Assembly (NCBI RefSeq): GCF_000143415.4
Contig: NW_003314403.1
Span: forward strand, 203,743 to 267,742
Source of the DNA: Selaginella moellendorffii
Lineage: Eukaryota > Plantae > Lycopodiophyta
Direction: 5' to 3'
Length of the DNA stretch: 64,000 nt
The notes under the pieces are model-generated. The model worked only from the letters and a program-made list of their open reading frames with translations, had not been told where the DNA came from and made no database searches. The position numbers were made by a program, and so were the translations under genes. This document shows positions 23,200 through 37,538 of the stretch, in pieces; position 1 is the stretch's first letter; each line of letters starts with the position of its first letter.

Positions 23200-23963
23200 T
23201 CCACTTCTGGACGTGGTAATGGTTCCATCATAATCCTATTCCAAAAGATAAAGTCTTCGATGGTGATGTAGAGGTTCGTGGTTAGAAGGACTGCATTGCC
23301 ACGATACTGCATTGATCAGCCCAAGACTACGTTCGGGGTGCAGCCACTTCATTCCACTTACCTCTTTGCCTTGGGGCTCTTCACACAACACTTTAGCTGG
23401 TCAGTTCCTGCTTTTGATGTCGATGCAGTGCTTGAAAAGCCAAATTGGACGCTCCAGAGCGAGAGGAGGACGCTGACAAAAGCTACGATTTCAAGGTTCT
23501 CGTCTATAGCAAACGCCTGAATGACTACGTTGCTACCCTTTATGTGGAGTGCAACCTGGTAAGTTACTTAGTTTTGTTCATTGGTGACTCTTTCAATAAT
23601 TCGGTTGGTTTGTTTCCTTTTCCAGGCCAATCTTACAGTAGACAAACTGTCTACAATCTTACATTGGTTAATTTTCATTTCTTTTAATCCCAGCGCAGTT
23701 TTGATATGCCATCTGAGCAAGACTTATCTCGTTTAGTCCAAACACTCCTCCGGATTATTGCGGGGAACAAAATTCTTTCATGGACTGTTGACGATTTACA
23801 AAAAATTGTAAGGCACAGATGAGGGAGACGGATGAGCAGTATCCGGACTGGATATAGCAAATGTGTATGCATGCATATTTGAGTTACTTTAATTCTTTCT
23901 TCTAGATTTTGCAGTTGATTGGAAGGCCAATTAAAAAGGAACTCCCCACCAAGTGACAGTTGA
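23200..23963 (+). pseudogene. Unidentified spliced gene or pseudogene fragment
   Basis: Exon-like blocks bounded by GT/AG with ~60-bp introns (..DYVATLYVECNL|, RSFDMPSEQDLSRLVQTLL..LQKI|, ILQLIGRPIKKELPTK*). Stops in the 5' part; no family recognised. Confidence 0.35.
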
Positions 23964-25367
23964 CATGCTACCGGGATTTAAATTTTAAATTTTAGAAAAA
24001 GGCTTGTTGATCATCGCTACGTATAAGCTGGACTGCACGAGTGAGTGATAAAAAGTTACTATGAGGCTTAACGATCTCCAGAGGCAAAATTCGAAAGTTT
24101 ATTAGACATAGGTCACTTATGATCATCACCATGTGGGTGCCATTTTGAAATCATCTGAAAAAGCTAGACTTCTGGCGGAGTAAATTCTTCCCTCTCATCA
24201 TATCAATCACAGAAAAATCTTGAATTTGCAGTCCCGAATATTTACCACCAGTACCAAACCTACAAAAGTTATAAGCACACACAGCGAGCAAATCTAATAA
24301 GTACGCAAACAAACTAACTAACAAGCATTTTGCAACCTGCACTCATATGGGTTTGGCTGTGATTGATTTGAAAATAGAAACTAATTCATCCATGTCTTCT
24401 TACATCTTTGATACTTATGCATTTTCTATTAAAGAGTCCTTTATAAGGGCAGCTTGAGAGGTGGGAATCAAAACATTCCCAACAGGGTTTGCTCTCAAAA
24501 GGAACCTGATTAATGCTGGTTGGGATGGTTGGGAAACAATCCAAATTCTTCATTCAGTGGACTCTTTCAAACTTCTAATTACCACATTTACATTAAAAGT
24601 AGTTAATAAGCCAGGAAATATCAAATACAAGTAATTCAAATGGACTCTCACTAGGGAAATTATCAAACCTCAACCCTTAGGGTCAACTCTTTTTGTATTC
24701 TTGGAGTAGATGCCACCCTTAGGGCTTACAGTTTCTATTTATAACCATGCAACCTATTGATTTACTTTTTACACGCAATGGTCTATACCTAGGTATCTAA
24801 TGGCTATCATGGACTCATCCGATGGGTATGCATATGAGAATTGCTCTAAAGCCATTCGTTTTTAAATCGAGAATAGCTCCTAGATCAAGCATAGCATGGT
24901 CAATATGATTGATTGATTGGGGACAGCTTGTGAATGCAAGTAATATAACTTTCAATGGATGCTCCAGAAAAATATGACCAAGCCATTCGATCTTTATATT
25001 ATGATCTCATGGAAGATCTAGTGAATAACAACATTCTAAGAGAACTCTAGGTCCCTATCTATCAATTGATGCTGCAGTACTTAGACAAATAAATAAGCAC
25101 TTTAGAGTTGCTCCTCCAAGCACCTTTGACCACATCTTCACTCTTTGTAAGCAGTTGAGCAAGTGATTAGTAGTTTATCAATAGAAGTGGATTGGGAAGC
25201 TAGTTATACATTAGTCCAACATTAGGATCGCTTCGTTAAGTGTTTGTTTAATTTCTCAAAATGGTGAAAGTGTAACTTCTTGAATTTGAACTTCTTAAGA
25301 AGTTATTTAGCCAATACTATTTAAACGTAAAAATGCTTAAATCCAAGTATTCTAGACCTTAAACCAT

Positions 25368-26872
25368 TGTGAGACACAAATCCCTAAACCTCAAAATGGA
25401 GCCAAAAGGGTGCCATGTGGTAGTGGCCAAAGAAGAATCCAAACGAGCATAATACGTTTGGGTTAAAAGCTCTGACTTGAAAAGTTGAATGCATGAGTGG
25501 AACTCCCAATGAAGGGCTCGAGGAATGAGAATGAAGCAAGTAATAAGTGAGTCTCTAGAAAAGGGATACAAGAGGACCAACATATCATGCGTGGAAGAGT
25601 CCGATATGGACCCAAGATGAAGTTTAAGATGGACCCGAGATAGAGTCCAAGATGGACCCGAGATGGAGTTTGAGATAGAGTCTAAGATGGACCCAAGATG
25701 GAGTCCAAGATGGACCCGAGATGGAATTTGAGATGGAGTTTGAGATGGATTTGAGATGGAGACTGAGATTAAAGCTAAGATCGAGACCAAGACCAAGATT
25801 GAGTCCAAGTACAAGATTGAGTCCGAATCTGAGTTCAAAATCGAATCCAAAACCAAATCCAAATATTAATACAAATTATGGGTGAAAGCCCAAAGTGATC
25901 GTTCCCCAAGGGGGGGGGCTGCAAGGGGTTTCAAAAGTATAGTAGGGAGAGTGTAGGGGCTAGACTCTAGTGGAACCAGTTTGGCTAGAAAAGCTCAAGA
26001 AAGCTATACTTATGTGTTGGGTGATGATATAACCACTGAGTCTAAGGTTAGAGTGAATACAGATAGAAAAACAAGGCAACTTAGTGAAGTGTCCAAGAGC
26101 TAACTCTTGCTTCTTTGGGGGATTAGATAGTCAATACCCCTAATCCAAGTGTGGGTGGCATTACCTACTTGGATACCTAATGTGGCTCATCGGAACCTTG
26201 TTCTAGCCACATGGCTAGAGCACCCAAAGGTGGAAAGTGGGGAGAATACCCACAAGACTCACATAGGGCTATGGTGTTTTGAAATGTTATCTAAAAGTTC
26301 TAGATTGTGGAAAGAAAGAGGAGCAATCCTCTTATGTGATGACCAAGGATGTGGTTATGTGGCAAAGAAGTCCTACAGGTTAGTAGGATGTAGTGGTTGG
26401 GCATTTGAGCCTTGACTCAATGGCAGTGTTGGCAAACATGGTTGTGGATGGAAAGAGACTTGGTAAGGACCAAAAAAGATATAGTGGGGAAGGTTGTTCC
26501 CCATATTTGCAAGCATCCTAAGGATGTTAAGGGGTGGATCTAGGATGATCACTCATGGACAAATGGTTTAATCTTTGAGAAATAGAACTGTGATGTAGAT
26601 GGTGTTGGATCACCAATACGACAAAGATGAATGGGCATAGCCTTAGCGTAATAGGCTGATATGTTGATGGTACTTTTGGGTGTTAGTAATAGGATTGGAC
26701 ACATGAAACACTTGGACCAAGTGCAAAGATGGAGTGGCATAAATGCCATTTTTGGGACTAGTAAGTCCCCAAGTTTAGAATGGGATTTATAGAGGTTGTG
26801 AGTGAGACTTTTTCAAGTGGTCGGAAGTGTGGTTAAGTAACTAAAGTAGAATGAAAAATTTAGTCGCTTCCA
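25368..26872 (+). mobile_element. 5' LTR (~1.5 kb) of a Gypsy family, containing a 12-bp minisatellite; degenerate PBS follows
   Basis: Starts TGTGAGACAC and ends ..agtcgcttCCA; followed by acttagtatttgag (decayed TGGTATCAGAG). Internal gagatggaccc/gagatggagtc repeats at 25600-25860. Confidence 0.75.
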
Positions 26873-26999
26873 ACTTAGTATTTGAGTTATTCCTTACTCT
26901 GACTTTTATTGGCAATCAAGTATATTACCATTTGATAGTGATATTGGAAGGTCCCAGGAGTGGGGCTATACTTGAAGAGTAGCAGATTGGGAGGATATG

Positions 27000-27560
27000 T
27001 GTAGCGCATGTGGTTTTTACTTATAAGCCATAAAATTATCCAAAGCACCTATGTTAATAAAGATCTTAACAAAGTTACTTTTGAGCTTCCCTCGGAGGGC
27101 TAGTAAATGTCACAAACAACTCTCTACCAAAGTTGTTCGTGTAATCCTTTATTCTATGGTGATTTACCATAGGATAACCATGGAAGTGGAATTTAAACCC
27201 TTTATGTGCCACGTGTCATATGCCATATGTCACATGCCACATGTCCAAAGGACAATGATGTGGAACCTGAGTTTCAAGGCCTTGGGCTATTGAATGAAGA
27301 AATGGTGCCAAACTCCCAAGCATGGAGCCAAGGAGTGATGGCACTAGCATAGAATGACTCCTAAGCATACAGTGCAAAGAGTGAAGGGGCAGGAGCACGG
27401 AGCGACTTAGAACAATCCTAGAGTATCCAACATCCCAATGCCAGGACTAACACACAAAACAGAGGCAAATGGAGTCTGGTGCTATTTCAGCATATTGGTG
27501 GTTTGACGACATGGATATGGGTACTCCACCAGTTAGTATGGTGTGGAGTTAGGTTAGCCC
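27000..27560 (-). mobile_element. Truncated LTR of the family at 30684-39396 and 45304-52582
   Basis: Begins tgtagcgcatgtggtttt and contains the tattctatggtgatttaccataggata hairpin and downstream LTR sequence. Confidence 0.7.
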
Positions 27561-28039
27561 CAAGCGGGCCCCGGAAGAAAGAAAACCCCTGGGCTTTGCT
27601 TCAAGTTGGTCAACCATGGGCCCCCCCCCCCCCCCCCCCCTCGCAAAAGTAGCCATGAGGCTAGACCTTATGTGTCAGTCAGATTGGCAAAGTCCAAAAA
27701 GATGAATAACTTGAGTGTAGTCAAAGAATGGTCCTAAACGACTGGTGAAACCATTTAGACTAAGGTATGTAGTACCCTACGAGGAATGGAGAGGATCATG
27801 AGATCCATGTATGAGAATAGGGTATTTTATTGATGGCAAAATATACCATATTAAAGTTGTGGGAAAGGTGTTCCAAGAAGAAGTTTGAAAGTAATGAAAG
27901 TTTAAATCTAAGCAACTTTGGCACAAATTTGTGTGTGAAGACTATAGTGAAGTGCTAATTGATAGTTAGCATGAAAAAATGACTACTTTGGTCTTAGCAA
28001 AGGCTTAAACACAAGGGTAGGCTTGTCAGAAAGGCTAAT

Positions 28040-28503
28040 GTGACCCATGTGTTAGGTGATGATATAACCACTGAGAGTCTAAGGCTAAAGTGAATACAAA
28101 TAGATAAGTAGGGTAGCTTGGTGAAGTGTTCAAAAGTTGGCTCTAGCTTCTTTGAGAGATGGGATAATTAATGCTCCCAATCCAAATGTGGGTGGCACTA
28201 TCTCACTCACAACCTCTATAAGTTCTATTCCGAACTTGAGGACTTACTAGCTCTAAGAATGACATCTATGCCACTCAACCTTTGCACTTGGTTCAAGTGC
28301 TTCATGTGTCCGATCCTATGACTAACACCCAAAGGCACCATTAACATATCAACCTGTTACCCTAAAGCCATGCTCATTCAACTTTGTCACACTAGTGGTT
28401 CAACACCATTTGCATCACAACCTCGTCTCCCAAAGATTGGGCCATCCGTCCATGAGTGATCATCCCTAATCCACTCCTTAACATCCTTAGGATGCTTGTA
28501 AAT
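28040..28503. mobile_element. Rearranged fragments of the 1.5-kb LTR family
   Basis: 28047-28200 repeats 26012-26165 in direct orientation; 28205-28500 repeats 28570-28870. Confidence 0.6.
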
Positions 28504-30683
28504 TGTAAGTGACTAAATTTTCTATTCTACTTTAATCATTTAACCACACCTCCAACCACTTGAAGGAGTCTCATTTGCAACTTCTATAAATTCTATTTTG
28601 GACTTAGGGACTTGCTAGCCCCAAAAATGGCATCTGTACCACTCAACCATTGCATTTGTTCCAAGTACTCCATATGTCCGATCTCATGACTGACATTCAA
28701 AGGTACTACCGACATATCGGCCCATTACACTAAAGCCATGCCTATTCACCTTTGTCACATCGGTGATCCAATATCACCTATATCATAGTCCTATCTCTCA
28801 AAGATTGGGCTATCCATCCATAAGTGATCATCCCAAATCCACTCCTTAGCATCTTTAGGATACTTGCAGACATAGAGAACAACCTTCCCCAATATCCCTT
28901 TTTTGGTCCTCACCAAATCTTTTTCCATCCATGGTTGTGTTCGCTAACATTGTCATTAGGTCAAGGCCCACAGGCCTGACCACTAAGTCCCATTATCCTT
29001 TGGGACTTCCTCACCATGTGACCGTATCCTTGGTCACTACACCAGAGGACTACTCTTCTTCCTTTTCACAGTTTGGGATTTTGGGATAACATTTTAGAAC
29101 GCTGTGGCTCTACATGAGTCTCATGGGTACTCTCCCTACCTTTTGCCTTTGGGTGCTCTAGCCATAGGGCTAAAGTGAGGTTCTATTGAGCCATGTTAGA
29201 TACCCAAGTAGGTAGTGCCACTTATGTTTGGACTGGGAGCATCGACCATTCGATCTCCTGAGGGAGCTAGAGCCAGCTTTTGAATACATCACCAAGCTAC
29301 CCCATTTGTTTGTCTGTATTCACTTTAGCTTTGGACTCTTTAGTGGATATATCATCACCCATGAGTATAGCCTTCTTGGGTCACAACTGCCTTTTGTAGC
29401 CAAATTCGCTCCTCTAGGGTCCAACCCCCACACTCTCCCTACTATACTTTTGGAACCCCTTGCATCCCCCCGCCCCTTTCCCCCCCGGGAGACGATCGCT
29501 TTGAGCTTTCTCCCAACAACCTATATTAGTATTAAGACTCAGACTCGGTCTTGGTCTTGGACTTGGACTTGGTCTCATTCTCGGTCTTGATCTCAGTTCC
29601 ATCTCAGACTCCATTTTAGACTTTATCTTAGGTCCATTTTAGACTCTATCTCGGACTCCATCTCGGGTCCATCTCAAACTCCATCTTAGATCCATCTTGG
29701 GTCCATTTCGAACTCCATCTCGGATCCATCTTGGGTCCATTTTGGACTCTATCTTGGGTCCATCTCAGACTCCATCTTGAACTCCATCTCGGGTTCATCT
29801 CATATTCCATCTTGAGTCCATCTCGACACTTTCATGTGTCATGTGTTGGTCCTCTAATATCCCTTTTTTAAAGACTCACTTATTGCTCACTTCGAACTCA
29901 TTCTTTGAGCCCTTTGTTAGGAGTTCTACTCCTGCTCTTGACTTTTCAAGTTAGAGCTTTTAATTTAAATGTGTTACACTTGTTTGGCTTTCGCTTTGGC
30001 CACTACCACGTTGCACCCTTTCGGGTCCACTCTGGGGTTTAGGGATTTGTGTCTCACAACTCCACCACCCATAGACAAAGTTCAATGTCCTCATTGAACA
30101 ATAAATCATTTTGTAAAGTAACCCTATAATGGATTACCATTTTTTATATTTCGCACCCAATTAATATTTGTCAATAGTTTAACACTAAAGGTTCACTATG
30201 CCTTGTCCATCCTCTAAGAAGAATAATCTCTCTAACTTAGAGACTTATTAGAACACTTATGGTGGTCCTTCCTTTTTTGCTCGTTTAGTTTATGCTAAAT
30301 TTGTTAGAGATACCTCTATTTTAATTTGACTAGCCTCAGCCTCTACTAGCATAACTATTGCATTTTGGAACTTTCAATTTTGATATCTTAAGATCAATTT
30401 CCTAAGTGTCCCTAATACCTTGTATTGCACGTATTGTGCAAATTTCACTTCCCCATCCTAGGAAGTTCCTTACTTGAGGGCACCATTATCCTTTTTCCTA
30501 TTTTGTACTACTCTAAACACTAAATTCCATTTTTCTATAATTTGTGCTAGGCTTGTCTATGGCTCTATTATTTGACTACTTTGCAGTTCCCTCCCTTGGA
30601 GCTTTCATATTTGCCAAATTGGAGCATTTGGGAATCCATCCTTGAAAATATATTTTCTTTTCCATAATCTATTAGCATTTAGC
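28504..30683 (-). mobile_element. 3' LTR (28504-30058) + PPT + decayed integrase/chromodomain-region tail of a Gypsy element; continues at 39397-39890
   Basis: Complete TG..CA LTR, the reverse complement of 25368-26872. PPT gggtggtggag lies adjacent at 30060-30070. The internal part is interrupted by element A. Confidence 0.75.
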
Positions 30684-33600
30684 TGTAGCGCATGTGGTTT
30701 TGACCTTTTATCCTATGGTGATTTACCATAGGATAACCACAAAGCGGAACCTAAACCCTCTTTGTGCCACATAATAGATGCTATGTTTCACATGCCACAT
30801 GTCCAAAGGACAGTGGTGTGGAACCCGAGTTTCAAGGCCTTGGGCCATTGAATTAAGGAACGGTGCTAAACTCCCAAGCATGGAGCCAGGGAGTGACAAA
30901 ACTAAACCACGGAGCAACTCTCAAGTATATAGCCCAAGAAGTGAAGTGACAGAGGCACAGAGCGACTTGGAACAATCCTAGAGCAACCAGCACCCAATGC
31001 TAGGACAAACACGCAAAACAGAGCCAAATAGAGTCTAGCATTATTTTAGCATACCGGTGGCCTAACGTGAGGATATGGGTACTCCACCAGCTAGCATGGA
31101 GTGGAACTTGGGCTTAGACCCAAGCTAGATGTAGAACAAAGACAGACACACAAGCGGGAGCTAAACTATACCTCAGGTTGGTCGGCTATGCCCAACCTAC
31201 CCACTATCCCTACTATACATTTGGAACCCTTCATATCCCCCCCCCCCTCCCTGAGGAACACACGCTTTGGGCTTTCACCCCAAGCCTCCCTTAGTATCAG
31301 GAGTTAGTATTTGGGACAAGCTTGAAACTTACTAAATATAGAATGGCACTATTTATGGAAAGTGTCTAGATTTGCTCATTTAGCATATCTACGGAATGTA
31401 GAGATTGGTCTGAACACATTGGTGTTCGTCCCGTGTCCAAATTCACATTCTAGCATTTGAGACCAGAATGAGACTAACTCAAAGGGCATGATAGCAAAGG
31501 CGTTTGGTAGACACGGTAAGCTATCATTTAGTGATATTGAGGGACCAAGCTCAATATCCCGGTGGTTCCCAACACTAGCAAGTGCAAGTCAACGAATGAG
31601 TTTCTCTAACCAAGTCAAGTATGTTTGACTAAATAGACACTTAGGAATTCCTTCCTTATGCTCATTTGGTCAAGTGCACACGCGAAGACCAATTTCTCAA
31701 CTATCTTAGGCGGAGACTGATAACAAGTCCAACAATACCGACTTCTTACCATTGTGGCAGTAAGAAAAGAGTGTCCGTAAGGACTGGCCGATAGATAACT
31801 TTTGATACCTGAAGCCACATTTGCGACACTCTCCCACCCTAGGGAAGATTGACGTCCTTATCGATGCATACTCGAGTCTAGACCACCGCCAAGGAAACAA
31901 CTCTAGAAAAAGTTCATGGTGATCACACTATATGAGAAATACACCAACTTAAATGAGTTAGGAAGTAACTTCTTTGTCTAATGCGGATGCGCTACCAACT
32001 TAAACACCTTTCGGCCGTCGCTGACAAGGAAATGACGAACAAAGTTAGCCACCCTTGCTACTCTAGGTGTCACCTAACTTACAAAAGTGTGATACGCCCC
32101 TGCCTGTAGGGACATAAAGAGAAAAGCCAGAGGTCCCAACCCTCATGAGCAAAGAAACCAAACCCGTCAGTAAGGTTTAAATAGACTACTGTAAACAGGC
32201 AATTAGAGTTGTTTACACAGTCATGCCCTTTTGAATGAAATAAGGAACAGCGACAGAGAGGCAGATGATGTGACCAGTCGATAGTAGCTACCCCATGACT
32301 AGAGATTTCACCATGCATACGAAGTGCCGAAGCCAATCTGCCTATACTGGCCCAAACTCAAAGATCAATATATGGACAATATCAAAGTCATAGACAATGA
32401 TATCTTAGAGTGTTAATTATCAGTGAATATATCTTAGATTAGAACACAAAAGTATTCCAAGTAAGTTATCATCTGATAAACTAATATGATAGTATAGGAA
32501 CCACCAAGATCACTATAGTTGGAAAACATAGGATTCATTATCCAACAAAATTCGATAGCCAAACTATCATCAAGAAAACTCAATGATAAAACTTAATTAT
32601 CAAAGATTGCAAACAGTATGCCAAATAATTTACCAAAGATAACTCAAAGAATACAAAGTATCATTGACTGACAAGTATAATACTTGCGAATGTATCACCC
32701 AGAGAAAATAACATCCAATCTATCAAAACTAACTATAGCAATAATCAACAGAACAGAATGAATGTGGTAAAACCAACAAACACTCCGTCATACCAATTAT
32801 TGCAATAGCCAATCTGAATAGATCCTAGCCAATAATACTAAGGAACTAAAGTTGCTCAAGCAAATGTTTGCAACATTGTATAATGTCTCAAACCCAAGAG
32901 ACCAATCCAAAGCAAACCACAAAGAACATGTGGTATTGCAAAAAGTTATAAGCTATCAAAGAGAACAACTAATCATCATGAAAGATCATCAATTATCCCA
33001 TTAATGAACAGATGCATAATCATTATCAAAGAAGGAATCCACTATTTTGAAGAATGGCAAATCATTCTATATCAACAATAATCAACAAAAATCTTCCACA
33101 AGGATAATCAACTATCCTAAATGATAGTCAATCATTACCAATGATTGTTAGATGGAAAAGCCAACTTCAACATTGAAGCTAATAAGCCAAAATGCCTTCC
33201 CCAACAACTTCTAACAAATGGAATAATGAGCATGAAAACTCAAGGAACCCAAAGCTCGAAAAAGCCTATAGCCAAGTCATGCCTAAGAATGATCATGAGT
33301 CTCGCATGAATTAACTTCAATGCTAAAGAAGAAAATCATGGTACAACCCACAATATCCTCTTCAACACATCCATAAGCTAAACTTTATAATGCTAAAGCT
33401 AATGAAGAGCATATTTGCATCAATCCAAAAGCTAAGCATAACAAAGCAATGCTCAATAAGTGATCTCTAAACGATCCTCCATGAATCCATCTTATAGCAA
33501 GACGTAACTCACTTCATAACAAGCATAAAAAGAATCATCAATAATCGATATATTCCAACTCAAATTTAATAAGGATTCAAACATTTTAACATCGATCACT

Positions 33601-34319
33601 AACTCTTCCGCTTGTAGAGTTAACATAGTCCATGACTAAATCATTTTTCAAGGAAAAGCTCAAAGCTTAACCCCTACTAAACAATCTCGTCTAGAACACA
33701 ACTAATTCAAACTTGCCACTCAGTTTGTTTGAACGTCAATACAGTTGCTAACTAGCAAATGCACGAATGCCAACAACACAAAGCTATAGCCAAATTATCA
33801 ACATTATCTTCATCAAGACTAATAAAACTCAATATCAATCCTACAAAGAGATATCTCATTTCACTCGAATCTCAACATCAATAATATCAACGACAAGGCA
33901 TCACTTCAATGTCATTAACACCATAACAAAGCTAAAAAAAAACAAGAGTGAATCACCACTCAAAGCTCTTTAGCAATTAAGTTAACCAAAGTTAAAGATA
34001 CTTTACTCAATATCTTAAATTAATCATTCAACAACACTCAGCTATAGATAACACTTCATCAAGGAGTGAATCACCATATCCAAGACTTAATGAAATCCAA
34101 AAACTATGAACTAAACGCAACCAAATGATATCAACAGAGGTAAAGTTGACATGCCAACATAGAAAACCCATGTAAGTCTAATGACACAATCCTCTGCAAC
34201 ACCATTTGGCAAAGCAAGCCCACCTCTGCTAAATCATCATCAAGTGAAGCAAGTGTTAGCAGTCCTCGACAAAGTTTATAAACAATCACTAGTCGCAAAG
34301 CAACTAACAATCACCCCTC

Positions 34320-34482
34320 TGTAAGCTCCTGAGTTTGGACTTCCCAGGAGGTCACCAGCCCAGTATTATTCAAAAGCAAGGATTCTTAACCCTAAATATC
34401 CTAAGACCTTTACTCTTATTCATGGGCCCTTTTCATTTATATTACACCCTCAATTTAATTTTTAATTTAATTTTTGCTTACA
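34320..34482 (-). mobile_element. Cassandra TRIM solo LTR (internally altered)
   Basis: 5S-like core; TG..CA ends; TSD CCCTC. The empty site is present in sister element B (~48825-48840). Confidence 0.8.
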
Positions 34483-34627
34483 CCCTCAATTTGCCTTCAC
34501 AAGACCCAAACACTACACTCATGTCATCGAGTTATATACTTGTCCAACATGAACGTAATACCTCATGTACGAGATATAGGTTCATTGACAAGTACGAACT
34601 AAATCTAACTTTACCGAAATAAGCTCA

Positions 34628-34821
34628 TGTAAGCTCCTGAGTTTGGACTTCCCAGGAGGTCACCCAGCCCAGTACTATTCAAACCCAAGGATGCTTAACC
34701 CCAAATATCCTAAGACCCTTAATCGATTGGAAAAGGGGGTGCACTCTTATTCATGGGCCCTTTCCCTCTATATTTGAACCCCATGGACTGTCTCTCGAGT
34801 CATTCCCTTTGGTTGCTTACA
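34628..34821 (-). mobile_element. Cassandra TRIM solo LTR (194 bp)
   Basis: Reverse complement GTTAAGCATCCTTGGGTTTGAATAGTACTGGGCTGGGTGACCTCCTGGGAAGTCC matches the 5S rRNA A-box/IE/C-box. Perfect TSD GCTCA. Empty site in element B at ~48666-48679. Confidence 0.92.
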
Positions 34822-37538
34822 GCTCACTAATACATTTAGCCAATAGCTCTAAGCATGCCTTTGAAGAGGCTAGCTAGGCATGATCAACATTCAGTCGAAA
34901 CTAAAGTGCAGACCATGAAATGGATTCATATCGGTACACAACCTCCTCATAGACAAAGCTATAGTATGGGTACCAACATCTCAACCTCAAACAACTAAGT
35001 TGGACATCACCATCCTTAACCAAGGTGCAGGGTCACTAAGACCAAGTCAAGATCAATGAGAGCTCACTACTCTCATAGAGTCTAATATAATGCAAGGTGC
35101 AACCTGCCACCATGCACAATATTGCAAAAGAAAGGCACAAGGGTCACCTTTCTAGAAAAGTGCAACAGCTACCTTTCTACACCAACTCCAGACTTTATCC
35201 AACTCAATTGCCTTAGCCCCAAAAGTGAGCATCTTTTTCAGGTCGTATCATACAAGCTACCTACTAAGGTCTAATCTAACCGAAGTCAACTCCAACCCTT
35301 TCATTAATTTGTATTGACTTACAAAAATGGAATGGTTTTCAAGCAAAGTGACCAACAGATTAACCATTAGAAAAGTTTAAGAAAATTCGTGGAAAATTTT
35401 CCATCTTAGAGAAAGAATGACTTTCAATCCAGGAATACAAACTTTCAAAACTCAACCAACTTCTTTCTACCTACAACTTCATATAGTTCACTTTAACACC
35501 AATTCTCATAACCCATAATACATTGCTAGCACTTGTGTTAGTGGAAATGGTATTGTTATTTCAAGTGATGAGGATTTTTTCCTTAAAGCTTGATTTTCCA
35601 TGTCATTTTTTTTGTTAGTGTTTGGGCTTCACATTGGATCTTGAAGATGGTTAAAGAAGAGTGTTAGTGCAAATGTGGATATCCGAAGATGTGGTCTTCG
35701 TGATCGAGCCTTGGATGTTCATTTTGCATTTTTGTGGATGTCAGTGTTGGATGTCGAAAGTATGGGCAAAAATGTTCGAAGCTTAAGCATCCATCCAATA
35801 ATATACTCCAAGTGCTAACAGATCAACTAATGAGCTATAGTAAATGAATGCTACAACCCTTTTCCAACACCTCATGGGCAAACTCTCAAGGAAACAAGGT
35901 ACCAACTTAAGCTTAGCATAATGGACCACCATCAAGAATCCAGTCAAAGCTACTACAATGCTACTATATGTAAGTAGATTAGCTTCACTATCAACTATTT
36001 TGGGGTTGATCATCATTTAACCAAGCAACTTCGTAAACACATTGCTCACTATCATATGGATATGAGATAAAAATCACAATGACTTGATCATCATATGACC
36101 AACACCATAGTAATGCCCATGTCTCTACTACAAAGGTTTATATGACTATCAAGTGCTAACTCAATTGGACAAAATGCAACATAAATGCCACACTCTACCA
36201 ATAGAGACTTACAACACAACACCACTAACTTTTTTTCACAACATGGACAAGCTTATGCCACTCTTTTTCCGATCAAACTCAAAACTAATCCAACACCAAG
36301 CTACTAAAGGAGTAATAGCAAGGTTCCCCGGAAAAAAATTGAGCATTGTAACCCAAGTCTTCTAATGGCAAGCGTAGACAAAATGGTTTAATGCTTCATT
36401 GCTATCCATCTCATAACTCACCACTTGTTAGTCCATCACTTCCTATATGCATCAAGATAGGGACTCTTGATTGCATACCATGAACACAAGCAATGAGTCA
36501 CACCTCGTTGCAAATCATCTCTCAAAAAGAGAAAATGATTTACGTGTTTGATCCTTCATCCCTAACGAGTCTCTTTTCGGTCTCATCTTTGACTAAACCT
36601 CAAGTTTGCTTTCGCACTATTTTCAGTCCAATCCAAGAAAAGTTTATGAGAGAGCACGGCAATGACTATTTGAACCAATAGACTAATCCCTATAGTTTTG
36701 ATTGATCCACTTGTAAACATGCCTAGGAAAGATCCACTAGTGCCGTGCTAAACAGCTACAGACTAGCCTATTTGCCACTCATAGCAAATCCAAGGAAGAT
36801 TTACTTTCTCCCATGGTACAAGGAACAACTTATGGAACCACCGATAGGCTAACATTAATCCTGCTAACTCAAAGTGCAACCTTGAGTTACTAATGTGCCT
36901 CACTCATGAGCCCAAGCACAAAAACGTGCAAAATGGTACACCATCCTATAACCCCAAGAGCAAGCTCACATCATAAGGTACAAAAAGGCAACCAAAAATG
37001 TTTATACTCAAGGAACGATTGTGAAGCCTTTGCACCCAAACATGTACCCACTCAGATCATTGTTTTCATTTCTGCGTATGCAATGAGACTAGTTGCCCAA
37101 TCTCATTGGATAGTACTCGCTGAGACTCTGCCTCTGATACCAAATGTAGTGCACGTGGTTTTGACCTTTTATCCTATGGTGATTTACCATAGGATAACCA
37201 TGAAGCAGAACCTAAACCCTTTTTGTGCCACGTGACAGATGCCATATTTCACATGCCACATGTCCAAAAGACAGTGGTGCGGAACCCGAGTTTTAGGGCC
37301 TTGGGTTATTGAACGAAGGAACGGTGCCAAACTCCCAAGCATGGAGCCAAGGAGTGACGGAACCAGACCACGGAGCAACTCTCGAGTATATAGCCCAAGG
37401 AGCGAAGGGACAAGGGCATGGAGCGACTTGGAACAGTCCTAGAGTAACCAGTATTCCAATGCCAGGACCAGCATGCAAAATGGAGCCAAACAGAGTTTGG
37501 CACTATTTTTGCATATTGGTAGCCTAACGTGAGGATAT

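Noticed and set aside
24151-24342. Tyrosine recombinase (DIRS/Crypton) guess
   Set aside because: Only a vague resemblance; the H-x-x-R and Tyr motifs were not found.
25359-25862. 167-aa ORF and similar S/D/E-rich ORFs at 29414, 38317-38608 and 39642
   Set aside because: By-products of 6- and 12-bp minisatellites inside LTRs.
25368-30058. A single DNA transposon with 1.5-kb TIRs
   Set aside because: Each arm has TG..CA ends and an adjacent PBS or PPT, and there is no flanking TSD. They are LTRs.
34640-34700. 5S rRNA gene (also at 52895-52955 and 53250-53310)
   Set aside because: Only the ~55-nt internal promoter part is present, embedded in TG..CA LTRs with TSDs. This is Cassandra, not rDNA.
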